Assembly (NCBI GenBank): GCA_905178155.1
Contig: CAJINV010000006.1
Coordinates: forward strand, 3,030,860-3,094,859
Reading direction: 5' to 3'
DNA: 64,000 bases
Origin: Amoebophrya sp. A120
Taxonomy: Eukaryota; Protista; Dinoflagellata
Below are positions 25,101 through 35,932 of this stretch, piece by piece (the stretch's first letter is position 1; the number at the start of each line of letters is the position of its first letter). The translations under genes were made by a program, and so were the position numbers. Below the pieces are notes generated by a model that did not search any database, was not told the DNA's origin, and was given only the letters and a program-made list of their open reading frames with translations.

Positions 25101-28100
25101 TCCTTGAGGAGCCAGAATGCTGACCAGGAAGATGTCGAAGAAGATGCGTCTTCTGCCGCTTCCTCTTCTTCCTCCAGCACTAATCTGATGGAGTACCACC
25201 TGGAAAAGCGGGCGAAGTTACTGCACGGCTTACTGGAAAACCCGACCCAATTATCCACAGAAAAAAGTAGCCTTTTGCACATTCAGCAACACAGAGTTTT
25301 TGTTCTGCATGATGCCATCAAGGAGTTTTTACAATGCGGAGATCATAAGGGAAAGCATGCATTTCAGGCATGACAGAGACGGTCTGTGTCGCGTGTCCCG
25401 CAACACAAGGCGCTTTTTTGTCTGCATAAAGATCCACGTTTCTGCGACGGAAAATGATTTTCACCTTCCCCGAAGATCTGTACAGCCAGATGATGCGCCT
25501 CCGGCTGTTTGACCGGCACTTGGAAACCCGAAAGGAGATCTTGAAAGCCCGGGCTGGGGAAGAAAAAATCATGGCGTTGCAAAACGAAGTGAATCAGCAC
25601 AGTGGTGATCAAAATGGGGATGAGCAAATCCGAAGGCAGAACAACAAGTCCGTTACCGAGCTAAACGAGGAACTCGAAATTGCGGATTCGGGGCACCGCC
25701 CGTGGGTTCTCGGGGTCTGTGAAAAAGACCGACCCAGCAAGCCGGTGGATTTATTGTCCAGCGGGCAAAACGAGAATTTGCTCGCGAGACTGCAACAAGA
25801 CCCGGAGTTTCGAAACCGCTACCCGACCGCTCTGGGGGCCGTGCCCGGGTGCTGTAACGAGAAATTATCAAATGCAAATATGTCTGGGTCTGGATCTGGA
25901 AGACTGCGAGACTTGTCATGCTTGTCTGGCATGACTCTGGACTCTGTGTTGCGTGGCCACAAACAGCTCCCTCCGCCTGTCATGCAAAAACGCAGCTTCC
26001 TATGCGGAATACGCAACATCACAGCGCGACGAAGAAACCTGTCATGCTTCACGGTGCATTACAGAGTGCTGTAGTATTCGCTGAGCTGCATTACAAGTTT
26101 CCAGACCCAGACATATTTGCAATGCATAAAAATGGGTGGAATACTACTTGTGTCCCTCAACGTTTTCTGCGGTGTCGCTCGGGAACTTGTTTTTCAGCTG
26201 GTTCTCGCACAGAGGGGGCATTCGGGGCGACTGGCTCTGCGTTCTGTCGCACAGTGGCGTGAAAGGGGACGAAGCTAGAAATGCTTCGGGTTCGGGGAAA
26301 AAGAACGGTGGAAACAACAATAAAAACGCGAAGCTGTTGTTCGATTCCAAGGTCGCACCCCCGGGGATTTTGAATCGCCCCAAAGTGGCGTCGAAACCGC
26401 TAGAAGTAGGGGAAGAAGTAGTTCCTGGGACCACTACTGCAGTGACCACCGCAAACAAGAACAACGGCGAAAATTTTGACAAGAAAAGCACTAACGGGGA
26501 GCAAGTCGTATTGGAGAACGAAATCGATAAGTGGCTGAAGGAGAAATTCAAACTCTCGTCCAAGGAGGCCAAGGGAGTAGAAGACAGCGAGCACACAATG
26601 GACCTCCAAAATCTTCTGCGTGCAGAACGGTACAGCCGACAGCACTTATAACAACAACGAAGTAGGCCATCTTTCCACGAACCAAACGGACACAGTTGAG
26701 GCCCTGCGCATGATCCCGCTGGCCCGGTTGTTCTGGCTGCTAGAGGGGGAAAGAGACGCGGACAAGCGAAACAAGTTCCACATCAAGGCGTTCCAGATCT
26801 GGAGCTCGAAGAACACGCTGAAAAAACCGACCCATGACAACCCGAACAGAGTGGCACCACTAGCGCAGGGGAATACCAACACGGGGGGGAATGTGTACTC
26901 GAGTTGTGCTGGTACAACTGCTCTTTCCCAGCAACAAGACCAACAGCTTTCCTGCTACGTTTTGTCGCCAAAAATGAAGTGGCTGTGCGAGAAAATTGTC
27001 CTGTCCACGAAAACCACCTCGAAGCAGTTACAGCAGCAAGGAATTGATGTCGAGGAGAGTGAAGATCTTCTGGATGATGTTGTGGCCTCTGACAACTCCC
27101 AGGTCCTGGCAACGACTACGAGGACGTCGCAAGAAGTACTGTCATCTTCCTCCTCCTCCTCCACAGTAGTTCACGTTGAAGCTGGTAGTACAACGACCGC
27201 GGGGCGCGGCGCTATTAGTTGTGACCCTGCTACATCAACTACAACTGTGGTATCAGGAACTACATCAGAGATTTGCACCACTACAACGGTCATCACCTCG
27301 CACACGACGACCAACAAAACGCTGTACAGTGTCAAGAAGACCCCGGGGCCGATCTACAGTGCCGGTGGCGCGTCGTTTCTGGAGCCGGGAGAGACTTTTG
27401 TGAACGGAGAAGTTGAGAATGTGCGGGTGGTGCCAAGAGTGGGAAAACGAGGAACAACTGGGGGAGCAGGAGGTGGAGAAAAGTGCTGGAATAGAAGAGA
27501 CCATGACGACAGCACGATGGCGCACGACACCCGAAGGGAAGGAGATCAAGAGGTTTTTGACCATGACACAACCCAAAGCTGCAGCAACAAAATCGATCAC
27601 GTCGAAGTGTTCTGGAATGACAGGCGCAAGCCACGGTGCTTTATGAGAGTGCACAACTCCCCCTCCCCCTCATTTGTGATGCAAAATCCCAGATCCAATT
27701 GCTGCCTTCTGGCACTGTATGCATCACAAATTTTGGAAGCCCATCAAACAGCAGTACTACATTGGGCGCATAAATTTGTCATGCACAGCATCCACGTGTG
27801 CTAGTGTTTGTATTGCAGTTCGCGCAATACAAATGAGGGGGAGGGGGAGTTGTGCACTTTCATATGCTTAACGATCGACCCGCTTGACGGCCCGGTCACT
27901 ATTTTGACAAAGCCGTATCCAGGAAAAAAACTGTGTGAGTGTAACTGTGTAGGAAGAGCAGCATCACAAATTCGCTTTGCATTACAGGGAAAACCTGTCA
28001 TGCGCAGCTAGAACGTGGAAATACGTATGGAATTAGCCTATGACGCAGATCTAGCATGACAAGTGTAACAGTTTTGCACTTTCTGCATCACAGATTTACA

Positions 28101-30949
28101 CTCACATAGTTTTTTTCTTGCATAAGCCGCCCATCTGCTGTAGTGACACAACTGGTGGTGCAAAAATATGGCGTTCTCAACTGTTACATTCTCAACTGTT
28201 ACATGAATTTGTCATGCAGAACTACCATCAAGATCCACACGAGAAAGCTGCTTCGCATGACAAATTTGCGAAGGGCTAAACAGCGCCTAAATCTGTGCAG
28301 AACTTGTAATGCCAGAGGTGCAGCCTCCCCCCTTTCACTTTTGCAATTCTTGCATCACAAAGCCATGTAACAGTTGAGAATGTAACAGTTGAGAACGCCA
28401 TAAAAAATGAACGACGAGAAGTTCATCTCTAGTAGCTCTGCTGGAGGTGCAGGAGCTGTAGTGAAGATGAACACCGACGATGGCAGAAGTACAACCGCAT
28501 CCACCTCCTCCACCTCTTCTTTCTACGTCGACGGGCTCGTGAATGCCGCGGCCGCTTCGGTGAATCTGATTCCCCCGTGCGACGAGGGAGCTATATGCAA
28601 GAAAAAAACTGTGTAAGTGTAAATTTGTGTTGCAGAAGATGCAACAGAGTTACACCTGTCATGCCAGACAGCCATGAGGTCCTCTTTTCATGTGTGTTTT
28701 CCCTTACAAACCATGTATGACAGGTTTTCTCTGTCATGTAGAGCAAATTTGTGATGCTGTTCCTCAAAGGAAGTTACACTTACACACTTTTTTTCCTGGA
28801 TAAGCTAGTTACATGACGGAGCATAATTACGGAACCACAACAGTGACTAGAACCACGGGTTCTTTTGCAGCTTCGCAAAATCTTCTAAATCAACAGCAGT
28901 ACAACAATAGCAAAAATTCCAACCAAGAAAACGACTTCCAACTGCACCGCAACGCCGCGAGACACTGTAAAACCGCCTTTAATAACGGAGGTGTGGCCGC
29001 CTCCGCAAGTGGTGACGGCGCTGTTGTTCCATCATCGCAGCGCGAAACTGAAGATGATGTTGGTGGTGCAACAAACCTCAAAAACAACAACAAAATTCTA
29101 GAATCCCACTCCACCCGCATGATTGAATTTCACTGCTCCCATATGCAAGAAAAAAACTCATGTAAGTGTAAGTCTGTGATGCAGAAAGTGCAAAGTTGTT
29201 TACACTTGTCATGCTGGATGTGTGTCATAACCCACTTTCATACGTGTTTTCACGTACTAGCTGCGCATGACAGATTTTCCCTGTAATGCAAAGCGATTTT
29301 GTGATGCTGCTCTCCCTACAAACTTACACTTAATACACAGTTTTTTCCCTGGATATCCCACAGTATTTCCAACGGCTCGCTGAAAATCGGGGTGCTCGTG
29401 CGGGAAACGAACCCGGCTACCAACCAGAGCTTCTGGGTATCATATGTAAAGACGTCCCCACCCCATAGTTGTAATGCTGGTCTGCATGCTCATGCTGAAA
29501 ATGTTTGTCATGGGGAGCCCCATGAGAAGCATTTTCTAAATCGTGTTTTGGAATTTGTGATGCTCCAATCAGCATGATGCGCTAGATCTGGGATGCTGCA
29601 AAACTACCTGAACAGGATTACTCTACGAGGCCAAAAAACTTGTCATGCGCAACAGCCAAAGCGTAGTTATATATTTGTCTTGCAGATTTCCCAAGAACTT
29701 GGCTATGGGGTGGGGACGTTTTTGCACAGGATTCTGGGCGGAGAAAACCACGATGGCGACGGCCGGCGCGAGAAGGCGAACGCGGAGAAACGCAAAGTTT
29801 GTGGCGAAATTAAAGGGAGAAGGATACGCCGTCGGGAGCGACAACGAAGGTGATTTTCAGCACGATCCTGAGTTCGCGGAGGAAGTATCCTGTGCAAAAG
29901 TATCGTACTCGTATTGCATAATCATGCATTTACAAATCTTTTCCTCAAGGTAAATTAGCATTAGAAATTTTCTCTCTCATGCTGAGGAAATTTGTAATGC
30001 ATTTATACGAGTACGATGTTGCTTTTGCACTGCATAGGAAGATGCGGTCGATGATGCGAAGGTCGACGTTGAAGACCAGGATTACAATACCCTGAGCAAA
30101 AACGTCCCCACCCCATAGTCAAGTTGCAAACTCGGCAACACAAATCCAGAAGTTTTGGGAGCCACGCATGACAAGTTCGTCTCTGTTGTATTGTAAGTGC
30201 ATCTACTTAGCAAGGACAGCCGCATCACAAACCCATCTCTTTATCCTGTTTACAGCATTACAGAAACAGATCCCAAAACACGACTAGAAATGGCTCTCAT
30301 TGGAATGCGCATTACAAGTCTTTCTATCTTTGCAAATCTGCATGACAACCCTGGGGTGTGGACGTTTTTACTCAGGATATACAACTACCTGCAGCACGGT
30401 GGAGCCAGGTCTTCCAACATGTCGACCGCGGTACGGCCGCGCGGAGGAGGTGGTCAGCAGACGTATACCTCCCGAGGAGGCCCAAGAACTTCCACTTCGG
30501 CCAATCGCGGTAGCACTTTCTACCAGCAACCGCAAGCGGGCCACCGTGGAAACAAGAATTACAACAGGATGTCGTCGACACGGGAAGTAGAACACCGAGG
30601 TGAAGGATCAGCGGTAGAGTACGATCCTCGTCAAGGAGCGGCCCGCGGCCCGCAAAATAGTAATCCTCGTGGTCAACAGCAGTATCGGATGAACGGAGCA
30701 GGACCAGAAGCGCCACCACTTCGTGCAGCAGGAGGTTCTACTTTTCAACAAAACCAACAACGAGACGCACAACTACAACACCCGGGGGGCACCAGCAGCT
30801 CTTTGTTCAATCGTAACAAGCAGCACACGACAGCGACATCAATATCTTCGGGTAACAGCTACAATTATTCATCGCACCACGAAATAAACTACCGCGGATC
30901 GAACAATGCTGGAGGAATGTCGTCGGCGTCGAATGGGCGTTTTTACTAG
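19103..30949 (+). CDS. Very large low-complexity hypothetical protein (13 introners); unresolved frame change near 26630, may be two genes
   Basis: ORFs 19103, 20767, 22056, 22584, 25454 and 26136 join in frame; so do 26620, 28407, 28813, 29392, 29645 and 30197. Confidence 0.7.
20283..20525. mobile_element. Degenerate family F introner (243 bp)
   Basis: tatccaaaac..actgcttcac...gtggaacagttttttctatggata; decayed DR gcgcg/gggcc; frame restored. Confidence 0.75.
21722..22006. mobile_element. Introner family E (285 bp)
   Basis: E-type TIRs; DR cgacg. Confidence 0.92.
22356..22596. mobile_element. Introner family D (241 bp)
   Basis: D-type TIRs; DR cgagg. Confidence 0.9.
25252..25428. mobile_element. 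Introner, singleton family L, degenerate (177 bp)
   Basis: tatccacagaaaaaagtagcctt...aaggcgcttttttgtctgcata; decayed DR ccaat/aagat; removal joins ORFs 22584 and 25454. Confidence 0.7.
25866..26128. mobile_element. Introner family B (263 bp)
   Basis: B-type TIRs; DR gaaat/aaaat. Confidence 0.9.
27642..27864. mobile_element. Introner family D (223 bp)
   Basis: Near-perfect ~33-bp TIR; DR tgctt. Confidence 0.93.
27916..28124. mobile_element. Introner family C (209 bp)
   Basis: tatccaggaaaaaaactgtgtgagtgtaa...ttacactcacatagtttttttcttgcata; DR agccg. Confidence 0.93.
28167..28402. mobile_element. Introner family H (236 bp)
   Basis: ~38-bp TIR tatggcgttctcaactgttacattctcaactgttacat with internal 15-bp tandem; DR aaaaa. 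Confidence 0.93.
28594..28802. mobile_element. Introner family C (209 bp)
   Basis: C-type TIRs; DR agcta. Confidence 0.93.
29142..29355. mobile_element. Introner family C (214 bp)
   Basis: C-type TIRs; DR tccca. Confidence 0.92.
29438..29733. mobile_element. Introner family E (296 bp), ends ATT
   Basis: E-type TIRs; DR ctggg. Confidence 0.92.
29886..30036. mobile_element. Introner family A (151 bp)
   Basis: A-type TIRs; DR ggaag. Confidence 0.92.
30088..30379. mobile_element. Introner family E (292 bp), starts TAC
   Basis: E-type TIRs; DR tacaa. Confidence 0.9.
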
Positions 30950-30999
30950 AACAAAAGTGGCGGTATACGTGTAGTTGTACACCGAAATTTTTCACTCGA

Positions 31000-32110
31000 T
31001 TGCGCCAGAATTTGAGCCAGAACTTGATCCAGAACTTGCTCCAGAACTTGTTCCAGAACTTGTCTCAGAACTTGTCTCAGAACTTGTCGCAGAACTTGTT
31101 CCAGAACTTGCCTCAGAACTTGCCAGGAGCTTGATTTTGTGCCCTTTTTTGGCCCACCTTTTTGTCCCGTACCACGACGGCACGGCCGTTTTTTTCCCTT
31201 CTTTTTTCCGGCCCCCGAAAACCGTCTCGGCAAGTTCCTGAACAAGTTCTGAGACAAGTTCTGACACAAGTTCTGGGACACACGAGCTCGGCGACAAGTT
31301 CTGGACCAAGTTCTGCGCCAAGTTCTGAGGCTCGCAAGTTCCGGGAAGAGTTGGGGCTCTGGAGCAAGTCCCGCAGCAAGTTCCCGAACAAGCCCCGGGA
31401 CAATTCGCGCCGTAACACGTTCCCGCGCTAGCGCCCCCCCCCAGCAAGCCCTTTGGGAAGTATATTCGGAGCAAGCGAGCCCCACCACGGGGCCCGCGGG
31501 CGAGCGTGGTTCGGGCCCTGTTGCTGGGAGGAGTGCTATGTCGGATCGAGCGCGCCGGCTTTTGCCGCTGCATGCCAGCGGCGTGCTCTTGGGGGCGGCG
31601 CGCTGCGGGGGCGCGGCCAGGCAGACAGCCCCGCAGCGAGCCTTGTCGGCCGGCCACATCTTCGGCGCCCCGGGGTTTTTTTGAATGGATTGTGGGTACA
31701 GGGATGCGGTGTTCCGCGCTTTGGCAGTGAAGCCGGTCTGGGTGTTCGGCGCAGTCTTTTCCCCCCTCGGCAGGCGAGCGGCGTAGGTGGGCCGGGCCCT
31801 GGCGCCGAGTGGCCCCCCGGAGTGTTTTCTTTGTTGTCATTGCCTCGCGGGCCGCTGAAGCGCGTTGCTTTATTCCCCGTTACGTTTGCCCAGCAAGCGA
31901 AGCCGCGTGCCACCGTGTAACGCGCGTTACACGCTGGCGCTGGCCTTTCGCCTGAGAAGGCTGGCTAAGCAGGCAGGACGCTCGAAACTCGCTCACTGGC
32001 CGCGCGGGGCCCTACTGGTTTGACCCTCCCGGAAACGGGCCGAACAAGTTCCGCGCAAGATCTGCGCGAATTCGGGGCACCATACATCTAGACCCATGCT
32101 TTCGGAGTAA
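31000..32110. mobile_element. GC-rich non-coding insertion flanked by an exact 47-bp direct repeat (30953-30999 / 32111-32157)
   Basis: aaaagtggcggtatacgtgtagttgtacaccgaaatttttcactcga on both sides; composition unlike flanks. Confidence 0.75.
31005..31400. repeat. Two inverted arrays of a 12-bp unit (ccagaacttgtt about x11; aacaagttctgr array)
   Basis: Tandem 12-mers 31005-31133, ~95-bp spacer, reverse-complement units 31230-31400. Confidence 0.9.
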
Positions 32111-34107
32111 AAAAGTGGCGGTATACGTGTAGTTGTACACCGAAATTTTTCACTCGAAATGAAACCTGTGTCGTGGAATTATACAGTCGTGAATTGAGGT
32201 CTGTAATTGGCTATGTTTATTGTTTCCACGTCGTCGACGACCCATGATATTTTTGACACCTGCTCCGGGTCGTCGTGTAAGCAATTGCAATTCTATTTTT
32301 TGCTTTTTTTCTAGCTATGCTCTCGCTTTTGTTTCAACGAGATTGATTTTCAATGAAGCGTTGCTGTGTGGCGTTTATTTTCTTCTGCCGGCTACAACGT
32401 CAAGAAGTGTCGAGAAGCTGATCGGCGAAAGCTTTTCCATACAAACCGACGAAAGCGAACGGAGCTAAAAGCTATCTCAGTGTTTATCAACAATCTTGAG
32501 GAGCTTGCGCTAGCGCCACTGTAGCTACGTACTAGCACGTTTGCGATATTATTCTTGTTGCAGAAAGAACTAAAGATATCGATTTTTTATGCAGTTAATT
32601 TGCATTCATCTTTTTGAAGTCAGATCTAAATAAATTTGTCGAAAGAAGAAATACAACGTATGAAAGTATTTCGACTTCTCAGCCTCACGTTGCAGTTTTT
32701 TTCTTAAATAGAGTCGAAAGCTACAGACAACACAGAGAGAAAATAAATATCCGCATAATTCCCAACGGCTCTACTCCTTCCATCTTATCTATTTTTTATA
32801 GAATATTTTTGGACCAAGCAGGCCCGCGCGAGACGGCTATCAGTTTCAGTTGGTTGCAGGCGTAGAAGAACTCAGGAAGATGTATATAGAGGACGTAGGA
32901 AAATAAATTTGAATTTCTGTTTGTTAGTACAATCGCGGCAGTTGGTGTGCGTAGTTGCGACTATCTTGCAACTTACTACCAGCAGAACTACGAATCTGAA
33001 GTTATTGAATATCGGCCTCAAGAACAGTAGTACTACACGTCGGGAGGTCAGTTGTGCCTGGACGTCGTGCCAGGATAGGATATATTCTGGTTAGTTCGAC
33101 GCACAAGAAGGTAGTCAGTAATATATTCGTTTCCATAAGGCTAAGAACATATCTAAATTTCGGCTCTTCCGCTCGTTCGAACTTTTACTCGGACGCGAGT
33201 CGAGTCAGCGGGCGGCTGATATAGACACTTGAAGAAGGTGCTCCTGCCGGCGAGGCTGACCAGCGGTGGGGACTGCTACTTGCATAACAAATTTTTTATC
33301 AGACAGTAGCTCGACGCATAATTAACAAAAGCAATAGCTTCTGTAAATGCTTTCTAGAAGGATCAGCAAGCGGCTATTTTTTCTTGCGGCTTTATTTTAC
33401 AGAGTATAATACCCTGTTTGTATTGGTACGGAGTTGTCTCAATTATATCATTTTCAGCAAGCGGCTGTTTTTGGGCTTCTCCACGGCGAAATGAATATGG
33501 TTTACACTCTCCTACTGATAAAAAGTAGCAAGTGAAAAAAAATCTCCAGAGCAGAGTTCTAGTGGGCAAGCGGCCCACTTCTGCGACATTTTCATCTATA
33601 CGGGGTCCTCTGTTTCTAGTAGTAATTTTTTCGCTATGATGATGAATCCGATGATGTTGTCAGGAGCTAGTAAAAAAGGTGGAAAATTGTTGTTTACTGC
33701 AAATTATTGCACGGTACCACATCACGAAAGAGACTGCCAAAAAAATTCTCTCGCACCCAGACTCGTCCACCGCCTGGAGAAGAATCCTGTCAGAATGGTA
33801 CTTAATATCGTCACTGGACAAAATAAAGTAGTACAACAATTAGGGGTGAGATAAAGATAATATTCGACTTCATTCACGTCGTTGTCTATTGGAACTAGAA
33901 GCACATCCACAACTAACTTCTCAAGCCCGCACAGGGCGAGCACAATAAACTAACTGTAGATGGTACAACTAGTAGTAAATCTTTACCAGGAAATAGAGGC
34001 CCCTGCGCCACGCAGGTCTATGCGTTTTTGGCAACATAGAAGCCGCGTCACGCTGACTGCTGGAACAATCGGGACAGCTGTGTCTTTGGTAATAAATTAT
34101 GCCCTCG

Positions 34108-34248
34108 TATCCTGTGCAAAAGTATCGTACTCGTATTGCAGTCATGCATTACAAATCTTTTTCTTACGGTAAATCCGCATTACAAATTTCATTTCTCATG
34201 CTTAGGAAGTAATGCATTTATACGAGTGCGATGCTTTTGCAGTTCATA
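34108..34248. mobile_element. Family A element in apparently non-coding DNA (141 bp)
   Basis: A-type TIRs; DR cctcg; no convincing flanking gene. Confidence 0.9.
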
Positions 34249-35932
34249 CCTCGCTGTGTCTTTGGTACTAATTATTCTGATAGAGATTCCTTCTTTTCAG
34301 TTGCGTTTTTTTTTTGTCTATTACCGCGAGGATTTTCATTTGGCATGTCGAATTTCATCGCTTTTCTTGCTGGCATAAAAATGATTCGGTAGTTTTGTCA
34401 AATACAAGGTTTCAACATCGAGTAGAGCAATGATTGAGGTATTTGAATACGCTCGTTGTTCCTTTTTAAAGCGTCAACCAAAAGATATCGCACCTGTTTC
34501 TAATTTCATCTAGGGCGCAAAGTGACAACATTTTTGATACCGCACTTGTAAATCAGCTGCTCGTGAATTTGCGAAGATAAAAACTTGTTGTATCTGTAGC
34601 CCGACAATTACTGCGCCATGTTTCAAGAATTGATCAGAAATTCGACAAGCAAATATGCCCTTTGCACAAGAAGGACTAGTATCTGTAGCTGATATCCCCT
34701 GCGGGTGCAGTCCATATATTTCACCGGAATACAACAACAGACCACGCTTTCAAAAATATGCTTGTATGGGCACAATTTGTAGTTGTTTCGAGGTCAACTA
34801 ATCGTAATCCAAGAAGTAGAGTTTGAATTCACTGGAAGTACAATCGGACGAGAGGCTTCTACTATGGTGGAAATAAAATACTAAAAATAATATGAATGTT
34901 TTTACTATTCCGCCGAGGACTACAGCAGCTTGTGGCTGTGGTACAACAAGGCGTCGCTTAGATGTTGGTCAGATCGAACCACGAAATAATCTGAAAAATT
35001 CTCGAAGAAATATAAGGCGATGCAGTTGCGTAAAAATATTAAATCTCGACGACGTGCTGTCATAATCTAGAACGTCGTCAGCGGGTCCGATAAGTGAATC
35101 CTCGACCTCCACCAATGGGAGCTCGAGTACATTGATGTTCCAACGTTGGAACAGGAACAAGAACAACTTCTGCGGTTGTCCGCGACCTGATGCAGAAAGA
35201 AGTACTAAACAGATCTTGTAAAAATTAGGCTGTTGACCTGGATAAAATTGATACGGAAAACAAGATGTAGCAAGCACCGCACATTCGTTCCGCAAATAAA
35301 TCAATGTAGTTGATGAAGGTTTCTTGAAATAAACTTCACGCCGCGACGAGTTTTTACCACGATAATCGATCTTCAGACTTATTTTCAACCCTGGACGATC
35401 CGCATCCGAACTCGAAACTACGCGTGCCGATCTGTTCTTAGTTCCGGGTAGTTGTTCCACTTTGTATTTGCAGCACACGATAATTTCTTAATTCCTAATC
35501 TTATCATCATAGCAGCCTTGAATGATATGATTTGGTCTTGATGTTGCTTCATGTTGTTTTGAAAAATACTTCAACTCCCATCATGTGAAAACAGCGACAC
35601 AAGAAATATTACCGCCAGTTTGTTGATTTCGGATGAGGTATCTACGTAGTAATTTCCACGACAAGTACATGATGAATTAGGCCCGCAGAATCTAGATAGT
35701 TATTCGCATTGTCTCCACCATAATTTAGCCTACTGCCTAGCGTTATCTTCACTTCGGGCACCACGACCAGGAGGACTTCGCTCTAGGAGCAGCGTCCGCC
35801 ACGACGAGGATCTCTTGTTGCACGACCTCTACTGCTCCGGCGCCAGGGCGTTTGATCTGATATACTTTCGTCCAGCAGTTGTGGAGACAGAAACAATAAC
35901 CCAAGCCCCTTGACCCCCCAAACCACGACAAG

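Noticed and set aside
27642-30379. CRISPR-like alternation of repeats and unique spacers
   Set aside because: Repeats are 150-300-bp TIR elements of different families, the spacers are in-frame exons, and no cas genes are present.
30946-31920. ORFs of 237-282 aa as genes
   Set aside because: Open frames arise from stop-poor 12-bp tandem repeats and high GC, on both strands, with no domain signature.
32160-35900. Decayed gene or viral/transposon relic on the minus strand
   Set aside because: Only short, stop-riddled ORFs with no recognisable motif; cannot be supported without a tBLASTn/HMM search.
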